Part shown: one piece after another, positions 25,610-39,068 of the stretch
How the letters are laid out: the number at the start of each line of letters is the position of its first letter
Numbering within the stretch: position 1 is the first letter of the stretch
Assembly (NCBI GenBank): GCA_964016885.1
Contig: OZ024749.1
Coordinates: forward strand, 27,962,001-28,026,000
Reading direction: 5' to 3'
DNA from: Eledone cirrhosa
Taxonomy: Eukaryota
DNA length: 64,000 nt
Notes under the pieces: generated by a model
Told to the model about the DNA's origin: nothing
What the model saw: only the letters and a program-made list of their open reading frames with translations
Database searches by the model: none
Translations under genes and position numbers: made by a program

Positions 25610-26372
25610 CTATATATATATAAAACAGAGGATGTCTGTGTGTCTGTTTCCCTAAAACTCGAGAAGTACCCAAACGGTTTTTTTCAAACTTTATACATGT
25701 AACTCGTATGACCCCGGAAGTGTTTTGAGTGCCCTAGGGACCGCCTTAGACGATTTAGCGATCTCTTTCTCTTTCTCTTTTTAGATAGATACATAGATAT
25801 GACGTCGCGCCTTCATAATATCTGTCTGTATGGCTGACTGTCTGCATTACGTCATTATGACGCGATCAGTGTGTGTGTGTATATATATTCTTATGCCAGG
25901 GAACGTCTTCACGAACCAAAGTATCGTCTTCCTGTTTTCCAGATTGATTTTTTTTATTTTAAGAAGATCCCGTTAAGGTTGAAAGCAGCGATTCTTTGCT
26001 TAAACATTAATATGTTATTTTAATATAGATATTCGTGTACAGATATTTTTGCACACACAAAAACAAAATATAAACAAACAAGGCCAAAGATTACATCAAT
26101 TAGTCTTAGTGTATGTACTGCATACTGCTTTTAGGTAGAATATCCCGTTAAGGGTGAAAGCAGTGATTCTTTGCTTAAAGTTTAGTCTGTTATTTTAATA
26201 TATATATATATATATATAATATAATTATATATTTATGGACAGATATTTTTGCATACACAATAACAAAATATAAACAAACGTATTTATTTCACGAGGTTCG
26301 ATAAGGATAAATATATATCAAATATATAAGAACCCTATAGCAAATCCCGAGCAACGCTGGGCCATTCTGCTA

Positions 26373-26373
<1 letters not shown>
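25609..26373 (+). mobile_element. Non-autonomous Helitron
   Basis: 5' TCTATATATATA..AAAC, 3' hairpin CCCGAGCAACGCTGGG then CTAG, inserted between A and T with no TSD. Internal ~175-bp duplication (25967 / 26142). Confidence 0.8.
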
Positions 26374-26428
<55 letters not shown>

Positions 26429-26610
26429 TGAAATTTCCGTTGAAAACAGAAAAGGTCATAGAAGTGCAGAGTGCTCTATGTAAGTATCAGAGCAAAATTT
26501 AATGTATAAATATATATATATATATAATGGAAAATTTGAACAGGAACAAAACAGAGAGGCAGTACAACGAATGTTTATTAATTTCACGCTCTGGAGTGTG
26601 GGTGGTGGTG

Positions 26611-26652
26611 GGGAACGACGTTTCGGGCATAAGCCCTTCTTCAGGTGAAAAG
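26611..26652 (-). ncRNA. Minimal Penelope-type hammerhead
   Basis: The - strand reads CCTGAAGAAGGGCTTATGCCCGAAACGTCG, the classic minimal PLE form with stem II GGGC/GCCC and essentially no stem III. Confidence 0.65.
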
Positions 26653-27117
26653 TGTGTGGGAAGAGAGTTCAAAGGGTGTGTAGGGGAGTGGTGGAGAGAC
26701 ATATAGCGAAAAGGGGTGGGAGGAAACGGTGCGAATGAAATTAAAAATAAAAGCATGATCAAAATAAAATAAAATTAAAATGGGGTAAAACAGGTGGTGG
26801 AAGGGTGTGGGGTGTGTAGGGGTGGTGGCGGGTGGAGTGGGGAGAGGGAGACGGGGTGTCCGAGCGGGGAGGGCTGAAGGTGGTGTGTGTGTGTAGGTGT
26901 ACGTGTGTGTGTGTGTGTATGTGAAAGCAAGGGTTGGGGAAGAACGGGGTTGCATGCTCAGGAAGAGGTGTGTGTGGGGTGGGGTGTAGGTCGGAGTGTG
27001 TGTGCGTGTGTAGATAGAGGGGTGGGGGGGAATCCGGAGGCTGAAGGTGTAAATATGTGGTGGAAAGCACGTGTGTGTGGGGTTTAAGCGTGTTGTGGGT
27101 GTAGGTGGCGTGTGGGA

Positions 27118-27151
<34 letters not shown>

Positions 27152-27346
27152 TATATATATAATATATACATATATATATATATATAATATATACATATAT
27201 ATATAATATATAATATATACATATATATATAATATATACATATATATATAATATATACATATATATATATTATATACATATATATATAATATATACATAT
27301 ATATATAATATATACATATATATATAATATATACATATATATATAT

Positions 27347-27379
<33 letters not shown>

Positions 27380-27621
27380 ATATATACATATATATAATAT
27401 ATACATATATATATATATATATTATAGGGTAAAATGTAATTTAACTCCATTCCCGCACCACTAACAAGATTCAACATCAAAGATGGATGGGTTGCATAAT
27501 GTCAAGTTTTCATAATATTACATCATGGGAGACAACAAAGAGAGGTACAAAACGTCTTAGTTTTATGCTTTATATGGAAAAGAGGAAAGAAAGTTCAGCA
27601 TATATATTATATATATAACAC

Positions 27622-28020
27622 GCTATAAAGTGGTTGGTGATAGGAAGGGCATTCAGCCATAGAAAGTTTGCCAAACAAAGGGTTGGGAGGACGCTTCAGT
27701 TCTGTTAAGGCATGACAGTCTCGCTAGTGTTACTGATTATCGTGATAAACATACTGTACATGTTATAAAGTGGTTGGTGGTAGGAAGGGCATTCAGCCAT
27801 AGAAAGCCTGCCAAACAAAGGGTTGGGAGGACCCTTCAGTTGTGTCAGAGACATGACAACCCCTCCTATGCACTCAGTAGAATGTGAAACCAAACATAAG
27901 TGAGACGACAGATCCCTGGCTGCCTGGGAGATCAGTAACTTCACTTCAGTACTGACTTGTTCTATGTAGACCTGTCCAACCCTTGCTAGCAGGGAAATGA
28001 GACATTAAAATTATGAAAAC
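27622..28020 (+). mobile_element. Old RTE-tail-related repeat with ~143-bp direct duplication
   Basis: TATAAAGTGGTTGGTG.TAGGAAGGGCATTCAGCCATAGAAAG at 27624 and 27764. Confidence 0.55.
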
Positions 28021-28047
28021 GACAATATATATGTATATGGATATATA

Positions 28048-28458
28048 CAGGGTGTCCCCAGAAAATGTATACACAACAAAATCTTTAAAAAATGCATTAA
28101 AATGATTTCTGTTTTATATGCTTGGCAGTATGTCAGTATCGGTAGAGCGTCAGACACTATGCTTTGTAGTATAGAGTTATGGCCCTTTACGTTCTGAGTT
28201 CAAATCCTGCCGAGGTTAGCTTTGCCTTTCATCCTTACGGGGTCAATATAATAAAGCACCAGTAATGCACTGGGGTAATTGCTGGCCTTGTGCCAAAAGT
28301 AGAAACAATTATTTAAATTATGCAAACATTTTTTGGTGTTTACATACAATTGAATTATGTCTGTAGATCATTTTATTTTTGGGAAAGGCTGTGCATTCTA
28401 ATACATATTGCCTGTACAGGTAATCAAAGTATGTATACATGTTTTGGGAAACACACTG
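28048..28458. mobile_element. Tc1-like MITE with a nested family D SINE (+, ~28121-28312)
   Basis: TA|CAGGGTGTCCCCAGAAAATGTATACA ... TGTATACATGTTTTGGGAAACACACTG. Confidence 0.7.
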
Positions 28459-28604
28459 TGTGTGTGTGTGTGTGTGTGTGTGAGTGATTTTCTAAACTAT
28501 TATTTATTCTGATCAACTATTATTGTAATCATTTAGGTTGGGATGATTACATTTAAAGTTTCCAAATGCTTCTTAGGTCATCCACTTTGCTCATGATAAT
28601 CGTC

Positions 28605-29230
28605 TGTATGATGATGATGCAGATGATAATGGTGGTGATGATGATGATGATGATGGAGATGGCGATGATGATGGAGATGACGATGATGATGGAGATGGTG
28701 ATAATGGTGGTGGAGATGGTGATAATGATGATGGTGGAGTTGATGATGTTGAGGATGGTGGAGATGATGATGGTGGAGATGGTGATAATGATGATGTTGA
28801 GGATGGTGGAGATGATGGTGGTGGAGATGGTGATAATGATGATGTTGAGGATGGTGGAGATGATGGTGGTGGAGATGGTGATAATGATGATGGTGGAGTT
28901 GATGATGTTGAGGATGGTGGAGATGATGATGGTGGAGATGGTGATAATGATGATGTTGAGGATGGTGGAGATGATGGTGGTGGAGATGGTGATAATGATG
29001 ATGTTGAGGATGGTGGAGATGATGGTGGTGGAGATGGTGATAATGATGATGTTGAGGATGGTGGAGATGATGGTGGTGGAGATGGTGATAATGGTGATGG
29101 TGGAGTTGATGATGTTGAGGATGGTGGTGATGATGATGATGATGTTGAGGATGTGGAGATGATGAGGATGTGGAGGATGGTGGAGATGATGGTGGTGGAG
29201 ATGATGATGATGAGGATGGTGGTGATGATC
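28605..29230. repeat. Trinucleotide-derived minisatellite (39/51-bp units)
   Basis: GATGTTGAGGATGGTGGAGATGATGGTGGTGGAGATGGTGATAAT repeats. Confidence 0.9.
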
Positions 29231-29289
29231 AGCTGTATATGCGATGATGAAGGCAATGATCATGATGCTGCTGCTGCTGATGATGGTGC

Positions 29290-30932
29290 AGATAATGGTA
29301 ATGGTGGTGCAAATGATGATGATGGAGGTGATAATGGCAATGATGATGATGGAGGTGATAATGGCAATGATGATGGTGGTGGTGATAATGGCAATGATGA
29401 TGATGGAGGTGATAATGGCAATGATGATGGTGGTGGTGATAATGGCAATGATGATGATGGAGGTGATAATGGCAATGATGATGGTGGTGGTGATAATGGC
29501 AATGATGATGGTGGTGGTGATAATGGCAATGATGATGGTGGTGATAATGGCAATGATGATGGTGGTGGTGATAATGGCAATGATGATGGTGGTGATAATG
29601 GCAATGATGATGATGGTGATAATGGCAATGGTGGTGGTGATAATAGCAATGATGATGGTGGTGGTGATAATGGCAATGGTGGTGGTGATAATGGCAATGA
29701 TGATGGTGGTGGTGATAATGGCAATGATGATGATGGTGGTGATAATGGCAGTGATGATGATGGTGGTGATAATGGCAGTGATGATGATGGTGATAATGGC
29801 AATGATGATGGTGGTGGTGATAATGGCAATGATGATGGTGGTGGTGATAATGGCAATGATGATGGTGGTGGTGATAATGGCAGTGATGATGATGGTGGTG
29901 ATAATGGCAATGATGATGGTGGTGGTGATAATGGCAATGATGATGGTGGTGGTGATAATGGCAATGATGATGGTGGTGGTGATAATGGCAATGATGATGG
30001 TGGTGGTGATAATGGCAATGATGATGGTGGTGGTGATAATGGCAATGATGATGGTGGTGGTGATAATGGCAATGATGATGGTGGTGGTGATAATGGCAAT
30101 GATGATGATGGTGGTGATAATGGCAATGATGATGGTGGTGGTGATAATGGCAATGATGATGGTGGTGGTGATAATGGCAATGATGATGGTGGTGGTGATA
30201 ATGGCAATGATGATGATGGTGGTGATAATGGCAATGATGATGGTGGTGGTGATAATGGCAATGATGATGGTGGTGGTGATAATGGCAATGATGATGGTGG
30301 TGGTGATAATGGCAATGATGATGATGGAGGTGATAATGGCAATGATGATGGTGGAGGTGATAATGGCAATGATGATGATGGTGATAATGGCAATGATGAT
30401 GGTGGTGGTGATAATGGCAATGATGATGGTGGTGGTGATAATGGCAATGATGATGATGGTGATAATGGCAATGATGATGGTGGTGGTGATAATGGCAATG
30501 ATGATGATGGTGATAATGGCAATGATGATGATGGTGGTGATAATGGCAATGATGATGGTGGTGGTGATAATGGCAATGATGATGGTGGTGGTGATAATGG
30601 CAATGATGATGATGGTGGTGATAATGGCAATGATGATGATGGTGGTGATAATGGCAATGATGATGATGGTGGTGATAATGGCAATGATGATGGTGGTGGT
30701 GATAATGGCAATGATGATGGTGGTGGTGATAATGGCAATGATGATGGTGGTGGTGATAATGGCAATGATGATGATGGTGGTGATAATGGCAATGATGATG
30801 GTGGTGGTGATAATGGCAATGATGATGGTGGTGATAATGGCAATGATGATGGTGGTGGTGATAATGGCAATGATGATGGTGGTGATAATGGCAATGATGA
30901 TGGTGGTGATAATGGCAATGATGATGATGGAG
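29290..30932. repeat. Minisatellite, 27-bp unit GATAATGGCAATGATGATGGTGGTGGT
   Basis: Direct reading; 24-bp variants are present. Confidence 0.96.
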
Positions 30933-30989
30933 GTCAGTGTAATATTGGACTATCTGAACTGAAGCTGGAATTGGGAAATATGAGAGATT

Positions 30990-32228
30990 GTGTGTGTGTA
31001 TCAGAATGTGTGTATGTGTGTGAATGTGTGTGTATGCCAGAGTGTGTATCAGAATGTGTGTATGTGTGTGAATGCCAGAGTGTGTATCAGAATGTGTGTA
31101 TGTGTGTGAATGCCAGAGTGTGTATCAGAATGTGTGTATGTGTGTGTATGCCAGAGTGTGAATGTGTGTATGTATGCCAGAGTGTGTATCAGAATGTGTG
31201 TATGTGTGTGAATGCCAGAGTGTGTATCAGAATGTGTGTATGTGTGTGTATGCCAGAGTGTGTATGTGTGTATGTATGCCAGAGTGTGTATCAGAATGTG
31301 TGTATGTGTGTGAATGCCAGAGTGTGTATCAGAATGTGTGTATGTGTGTGTATGCCAGAGTGTGTATGTGTGTATGTATGCCAGAGTGTGTATCAGAATG
31401 TGTGTATGTGTGTGTATGCCAGAGTGTGTATCAGAATGTGTGCGTGTGTGTGTATGCCAGAGTGTGTATCAGAATGTGTGTATGTGTGTGAATGCCAGAG
31501 TGTGTATCAGAATGTGTGTATGTGTGTGAATGCCAGAGTGTGTATCAGAATGTGTGTATGTGTGTGTATGCCAGAGTGTGCATCAGCATGTGTGTATGTG
31601 TGTGAATGTGTGTGTATGCCAGAGTGTGTATCAGAATGTGTGTATGTGTGTGTATGCCAGAGTGTGTATCAGAATGTGTGTATGTGTGTGTATGCCAGAG
31701 TGTGTATCAGAATGTGTGTATGTGTGTGTATGCCAGAGTGTGTATCAGAATGTGTGTATGTGTGTGAATGCCAGAGTGTGTATCAGAATGTGTGTATGTG
31801 TGTGTATGCCAGAGTGTGTATCAGAATGTGTGTATGTGTGTGTATGCCAGAGTGTGTATCAGAATGTGTGTATGTGTGTGAATGCCAGAGTGTGTATCAG
31901 AATGTGTGTATGTGTGTGTATGCCAGAGTGTGTATCAGAATGTGTGTATGTGTGTGTATGCCAGAGTGTGTATCTGTATGTGTGTGTATGCCAGAGTGTG
32001 TATCAGAATGTGTGTGTATGTGTGTGTATGCCAAAGTGTGTATCAGAATGTGTGTGTGTGTATGCCAGAGTGTGTATCAGAATGTGTGTATGTGTGTGAA
32101 TGTGCATGTGTGTATATGCATGTTTGCTTCTGTGTGTATGTGTGCATCTGTGTGTATGTATGCATCTGTGTATGTGTGTAGTGTGCTTCTGTGTGTGTGC
32201 ATGTGTGTGTGTGCAGATGTGTGCTATA

Positions 32229-32250
<22 letters not shown>
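30990..32250. repeat. Minisatellite, 38-bp unit ATGCCAGAGTGTGTATCAGAATGTGTGTATGTGTGTG(A/T), decaying into (TG)n
   Basis: Direct reading. Confidence 0.95.
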
Positions 32251-32259
<9 letters not shown>

Positions 32260-33134
32260 GTGTGTCAGCTGATAACTATATATCTCTCATCTTCTCCTCT
32301 CCCCATCCATCATGGCTGACTTCACTGTTTAATGGGAGACACAATGTTGGATGGTCTGTCTATCAGCTACAACAGACTGGTGGAGGGTAGTGGTGGTGGT
32401 GTTGAGGTAGTAGTGGGGTGGTATTGGGGGTGAAGGTAGTGGTGGGGGTGGTATTGATGGATGGCGGGGTGGGGTGGTGATATTGGTGGTAGTAGTGGGG
32501 TGGTATTGAAGGTGGAGGTATTGGTGGGGGGTTGTGGGCGTGGTATTGATGGCTGGCGGGGTGGGGTGGTGGTAGTAGTGGGGTGGTATTGAGGGTGGAG
32601 GCAGTGGTAGGGGGTTGTGGGGTGGTATTGATGGATGGCGGGGTGGGGTGGTGGTGGTTGTGGTAGTAGTGGGGTGGTATTGAGGGTGGAGGTGGTGGTG
32701 GTGGGGGGGTTGTAGGGTGGTATTGATGGATGGGGTAGTGGGGTGGTATTGAGGGTGGAGGTAGTGGTGGTGGGTTCTGGGGTGGCAGTGGTGATGGTTC
32801 TGTAACTTCTCTGGCTGTGTCTTAGACAACCACCACCACCACCACAACTATTATAACATATACCACCACCATTACTACATACATCATCACAACCGCCACC
32901 ACCACCACCATTACAACATACATCACCACCACTACTACATACATCACCATCACAACAGCCACCACCACCACCACCACCATTAAAACATAAACTCCCCCAC
33001 CCACTATTACCACCACAATTAGCCCACACCATCACCATTACAACATACACCCCCACATCACATCACCACACCACCACACCACCACCCAACCATTACACCA
33101 CCATCTCTATTTCCAGTCCTATGTTAGTGGTGCT

Positions 33135-33966
33135 ATGTACTCAGACCATTCCAGCTAACTGTTGCAGACACCACCACCACTACACCCCTCCACACCACCA
33201 CCCCCACAACACCACTACACCACCACCTTCTATGTACTCAGACTCAGACCATTCCAGCTATCTGTTGCAGACACCACCACCACTACACCCCTCCACACCC
33301 CCACCACCACTACACCACCCCCACAACACCACTACACCACCACCTTCTATGTACTCAGACTCAGACCATTCCAGCTATCTGTTGCAGACACCACCACCAC
33401 TACACCCCTCCACACCCCCACCACCACTACACCACCCCCACAACACCACTACACCACCACCTTCTATGTACTCAGACTCAGACCATTCCAGCTATCTGTT
33501 GCAGACACCACCACCACTACACCCCTCCACACCCCCACCACCACTACACCACCCCCACAACACCACTACACCACCACCTTCTATGTACTCAGACTCAGAC
33601 CATTCCAGCTATCTGTTGCAGACACCACCACCACTACACCCCTCCACACCCCCACCACCACTACACCACCCCCACAACACCACTACACCACCACCTTCTA
33701 TGTACTCAGACTCAGACCATTCCAGCTATCTGTTGCAGACACCACCACCACTACACCCCTCCACACCCCCACCACCACTACACCACCCCCACAACACCAC
33801 TACACCACCACCTTCTATGTACTCAGACTCAGACCATTCCAGCTATCTGTTGCAGACACCACCACCACTACACCCCTCCACACCCCCACCACCACTACAC
33901 CACCCCCACAACACCACCACCTTCTATGTACTCAGACTCAGACCATTCCAGCTATCTGTTGCAGAC
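33135..33966. repeat. Minisatellite, 117-bp unit x ~7
   Basis: GACTCAGACCATTCCAGCTATCTGTTGCAG at 33241, 33358, ...; 39-aa periodicity in the ORF track. Confidence 0.95.
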
Positions 33967-34013
33967 TGCATAGCATAATTATTTATAGCTTCTTATTAAG
34001 ATATTATATTATA

Positions 34014-34045
<32 letters not shown>

Positions 34046-34067
34046 TGTGTGCATATGTGTATATACA

Positions 34068-34098
<31 letters not shown>

Positions 34099-34559
34099 CA
34101 TCATTGTTTTCACGTCCGCATTTTCATGCACATACATATAAACATATATACACACACACACAAACATATATATATATATACACACAAACATATCCATATA
34201 TGTTTATATACATAGCCCCCACCATATATATATATATATACACATATCCAACTCCCATATATATATATATATGCATGTGTGTGCATGTTTATTTAACTAT
34301 ATGTATGCATGCATCCTCAAAAGATATTTACATCCCGAGATATAATAAATGAAGTGTAGTGATGGTGAGGGGGTGGGGAATGTGAGGTGGGGGGGGGGGA
34401 TATGGATGAGGCCAAGAAGCAGGAGTGAAAGGTCTGTAGAATATCTCCCCCACCACACCCTACACCATTCTGTCTGACTCATGGACACTTTATTATGTCA
34501 CTTTGCTCCTGTTAGTCATCTTATTCTCAAGGCACACTCACCACTGCCACACTACTGCC

Positions 34560-36060
34560 ACACCATTGGCACTACCACTGGTACTACTACTTCTTACCAT
34601 TGTTTCCACCACTACCACTGCCATACCATTGCCACTACTACTTCTTACCATTGTTTCCACCACTACCACTGCCATACCATTGGCACTACTACTTCTTACC
34701 ATTGTTTCCACCACTACCACTGCCATACCATTGGCACTACTACTTCTTACCATTGTTTCCACCACTACCACTGCCATACCATTGGCACTACTACTTCTTA
34801 CCATTGTTTCCACCACTATCACTGCCATACCATTGGCACTACTACTTCTTACCATTGTTTCCACCACTACCACTGCCATACCATTGGCACTACTACTTCT
34901 TACCATTGTTTCCACCACTACCACTGCCATACCATTGGCACTACTACTTCTTACCATTGTTTCCACCACTATCACTGCCATACCATTGGCACTACTACTT
35001 CTTACCATTGTTTCCACCACTACCACTGCCATACCATTGGCACTACTACTTCTTACCATTGTTTCCACCACTACCACTGCCATACCATTGGCACTACTAC
35101 TTCTTACCATTGTTTCCACCACTATCACTGCCATACCATTGGCACTACTACTTCTTACCATTGTTTCCACCACTACCACTGCCATACCATTGGCACTACT
35201 ACTTCTTACCATTGTTTCCACCACTACCACTGCCATACCATTGGCACTACTACTTCTTACCATTGTTTCCACCACTACCACTGCCATACCATTGGCACTA
35301 CTACTGCCATTTCTTGTCATTGCTTCCACCACCACACCATTGCTATACCATTGGCACTACCACTGGTACCACCACTTCTTACCATCACTACCACCACTAC
35401 CACTTCTTGTCATTGCTACCATTGGCACTACTATTGGCACTTCTTGTCATTGCTACCACCACCACACCATTGCTATACCATTGGCACTACCACTGGTACC
35501 GCCACTTCTTACCATCACTACCACCACTACCACTTTTTGTCATTGCTACCACTGCCATACCATTGGCACTACTATCGGCACTTCTTGTCATTGCTACCAC
35601 CACCACACCATTGCTATACCATTGGCACTACCACTGGTACCGCCACTTCTTACCATCACTACCACCACTACCACTTTTTGTCATTGCTACCACTGCCATA
35701 CCATTGGCACTACTATTGGCACTTCTTGCCACCACCACCACACCATTGCTATACCATTGGTATTGCCACTTCTTACCATTGTCACAACCACTACCACTGT
35801 CATACTATTGGCACTACCACTGGTACTGCCATACCACTGGCATAATATTAGCACTACCACTGATACTGTCAATTCTTACCATTGCTACAACCACTACCAT
35901 AACATTAGCATACCATGGGTACTGCCATATATTACTATTGCTACCATCACCATAATTGTCTATACTAACATTATCACAGAAATACCGCTGCCATACCATT
36001 GGCACTACCACTTCTTACCACTGCTACCACCACTATTGCCACCACTACCATACCACAACA
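34560..36060. repeat. Minisatellite, 51-bp unit x ~14, then degenerate higher-order copies
   Basis: CCATTGGCACTACTACTTCTTACCATTGTTTCCACCACTACCACTGCCATA; 17-aa periodicity. Confidence 0.93.
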
Positions 36061-36207
36061 ACTACTACCATCACCTCAACCACACATCACCACAATTGCC
36101 ACTATTTCTATCACCACTACCACCTCTACACACCACCAAAATTGCCCAAACCACACACCACCCCAACCACACACCACCACAACCCCCTTCTAATATATAT
36201 GACTATG

Positions 36208-36263
<56 letters not shown>

Positions 36264-36602
36264 ATGTGTACATGTAATATGCTCCTGTGTACATGTGTGT
36301 ATGTATATATACATACACTAAGTTGTGTGTGTGTCAAACATTGATGATTGTTATCAAAAACCTGTACATATGTAATATCATATATATATATATTCTGTTA
36401 CTGTGTATGTCTATATGTATGTATGTGTATATATATATATATATATAAATAAATGTGTGCGTGTATATGTGTACATACACTGTTGTGTGTGTCAAAAATT
36501 GATGATTGTTATCAAAAACCTGCATATATATATATGTGTGTGTGTGTGTGTGTATGTCTATGTGTGTGTGTGTATATGTCTATGTGTGTGTGTATATATA
36601 TA

Positions 36603-36635
<33 letters not shown>

Positions 36636-37070
36636 GTGTGTGTATGTATGTATATATATATATATATGTGTGTGTATATATATATGTATGTTGTGCCAGT
36701 CAACAATTGATTATTATTATCAAAAACCTGTAAATATTCTTGCCTCCTCAGACTACATATAAAACGAAAAGAAAAAAAACTTGTTCACAAATATATTAAT
36801 ATTTTTATAATTGAAGATCAAGTGATATGTCTGGCTAAATTTTTGTTAGTTTTGCTATTTCAAATCACACATTTATTGTATTTATATTGCTCTGATATGA
36901 CTAGTAAGGGTTAATAGCATTCTATTTCTGATATATATGTATATTAATGTTAGTTTTACTACTCCAAATAATGTTTTTTGATTTAGGCACAAGGCTAACA
37001 ATCTTTGGGGAAGTGGAAAATTGATTAAATCGACGCCAGTGTGTTACTGGTACTTCTTTTTATTGCCCCC

Positions 37071-37303
37071 TTAATACAAAGAGTGGCGTGTTTGTATGGA
37101 AATGCTATAAAATAGCTTATAAAATAGGGTGAAAACCCTTAAAGATGGAAAAAGAAGTTGTCATAGGGTGCGACAAGGAAAAGAACTTGGTATCTCTGTA
37201 GTGGCTGATGGCAACTTCTTTTTATGTCTTTAGGGTGTTCACCTTATTTTATAAGCTATTTTATAGCATCTCCACGCATAAACACACCACTCTTTATATT
37301 AAA
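37071..37303. repeat. Degenerate inverted repeat (~93-bp arms)
   Basis: ATGCTATAAAATAGCTTATAAAATAGGGTGAA / TTCACCTTATTTTATAAGCTATTTTATAGCAT and flanking matches. Confidence 0.75.
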
Positions 37304-38006
37304 CTTTATGCCCTCAGCACTTCGTAAAAGTCCATGACATTGGCTACATATACTTCAAATAAGATTTTATTATATAAATTTTGTTCTGGTATCATCATCA
37401 CCACCATTTTTACATCCATTTTTCCATGTTGGCATACGTTGGTTGGAATGGTTTGAGAATGTTTTACAGCTAAATGCCCTTCCTGATAGTTACCTCTTAC
37501 AACACACAGGGACACAGTGTACCTCTTTTAAAAAAGTGGGATACATGCAATAACACATTATTGAATGGGTATTATTTTGATATGCCTGGTATGGGTTAAA
37601 ATTTTATTTCTAATATATTAGGTATTTAAACCCTTTCATTACCATATTTCTAATGAAAGACACTACCTACGTTATTAACCCTTTCATTACCATATTCCTA
37701 ATGAAAGACACTGCCAGTAATTTTAAAATAATTTTGAAAATAATCAAGAATTTGAAGTGATTTGGTAATGTAACTAACTTTCACGTTACCAAGCTGGCAT
37801 TTGGAATATAGCTTAATGGTTCTTACATAAAATTATGATGGAATGTTTTTAGAGAAATATATAAATATATGTATAGTTAATACAGTGCATTGTGAGATAT
37901 ATAATAAATGACATAAGTGTCAGAAAGTTAGTAAGTACAATGCAATATAAATATATAAAGGACAAAGGATGACAAAACAAAAGAAAGTAATGTTTTTCTT
38001 AACCAG

Positions 38007-38095
38007 TATATTTCAACATGATATTTCAGGGTTATAACCCTCTTTTCAAATGTAAAACAAGGGTAATAACCCTGAAATATCTTGTTGAAATATAT
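38007..38095. repeat. Short palindrome, probable decayed hammerhead fold-back
   Basis: TATATTTCAACATGATATTTCAGGGTTAT / AATAACCCTGAAATATCTTGTTGAAATATA. Confidence 0.55.
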
Positions 38096-38470
38096 ACTTT
38101 AAATAAACAGTTTCATATTGTAAAAACAGAGATGGTTTCAAATGGTTTGGTATTTTATTATATATAAGGAAGTATGTTTGGAACGCACTGAGCAAAGTTT
38201 AAATTGACATAGAAATAGAAGCTTCGCCATAACATGGACTAATGTTGTGTGCTGCAACGTGTACTGATACCCATCTTTTTCCGTTCAATGGGTTTATTCG
38301 CCCCTTTATTAGACTGTATTATTGTATATATTTTGTTCTGATATGTCTGGTTGTATTAATGTTAGGTTTCCTATTTCAAATTCTATATCCTACACTGTTT
38401 GTGACGTTTCCTGTGTGTGTGTATATATATATATTTACACACACACACACAGAGGAAACGTCACAAACAG

Positions 38471-38502
<32 letters not shown>

Positions 38503-38564
38503 TATAATTATATTTGTAAGACCCAACTTCCCACGGGTACAAGCCAAAGCTGAAGCATATAGAC

Positions 38565-38853
38565 AATATGCCCCCACCTCCTCCCACTGCAAAGTGGTCA
38601 TAGCGGTGCCACGACAAAAAAGCACCCAGCCCACACTGTAAAGTGGTCGTGTAGGCGCCATGGAAAAAAAGCACCCAGCACTCACTGTAAATGAGGTTGG
38701 TGTTAGGAAGGGCATCCAGCTGTAGAAATCAAGCCAGAATCAGTTTCCATATGAGCAAGACATGGTCAGCCGACTGGGCACTGCCCACGACAGGACAACC
38801 CGTCTAACCAGTGCTAGCATGGAAAAATGGACGTAAAACGGTGATGATGATGA
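38565..38853 (+). mobile_element. RTE-tail / SINE 3' fragment
   Basis: Two ~52-bp modules, then GGTTGGTGTTAGGAAGGGCATCCAGC..GGACGTAAAACGGTGATGATG. Confidence 0.7.
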
Positions 38854-39068
38854 ATTGTAAATCAAACTTTGTCTGCAGTACTGCAAGTACTATTTGATTT
38901 GTTTTGAGGTAATCACAAAGCATTCAATGCAGTGAAAGTTAAAAACAAACATTAAGTCTAGAGTTAAACACCGTAGTTATAAAATGTGACACCAAGAGAA
39001 CCAACTGAAGACACAAACTCTACAATAAAATAACAATGTATACAAATATATATATATATATATATATA

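Noticed and set aside
29153-32272. 1039-aa ORF and overlapping long ORFs
   Set aside because: Translations of adjacent 27-bp and 38-bp minisatellites, open in several frames and on both strands, with no domain or splice context.
33121-36344. Pro/His/Thr-rich ORFs of 265-613 aa
   Set aside because: Products of 117-bp and 51-bp tandem repeats that lack stops in most frames.
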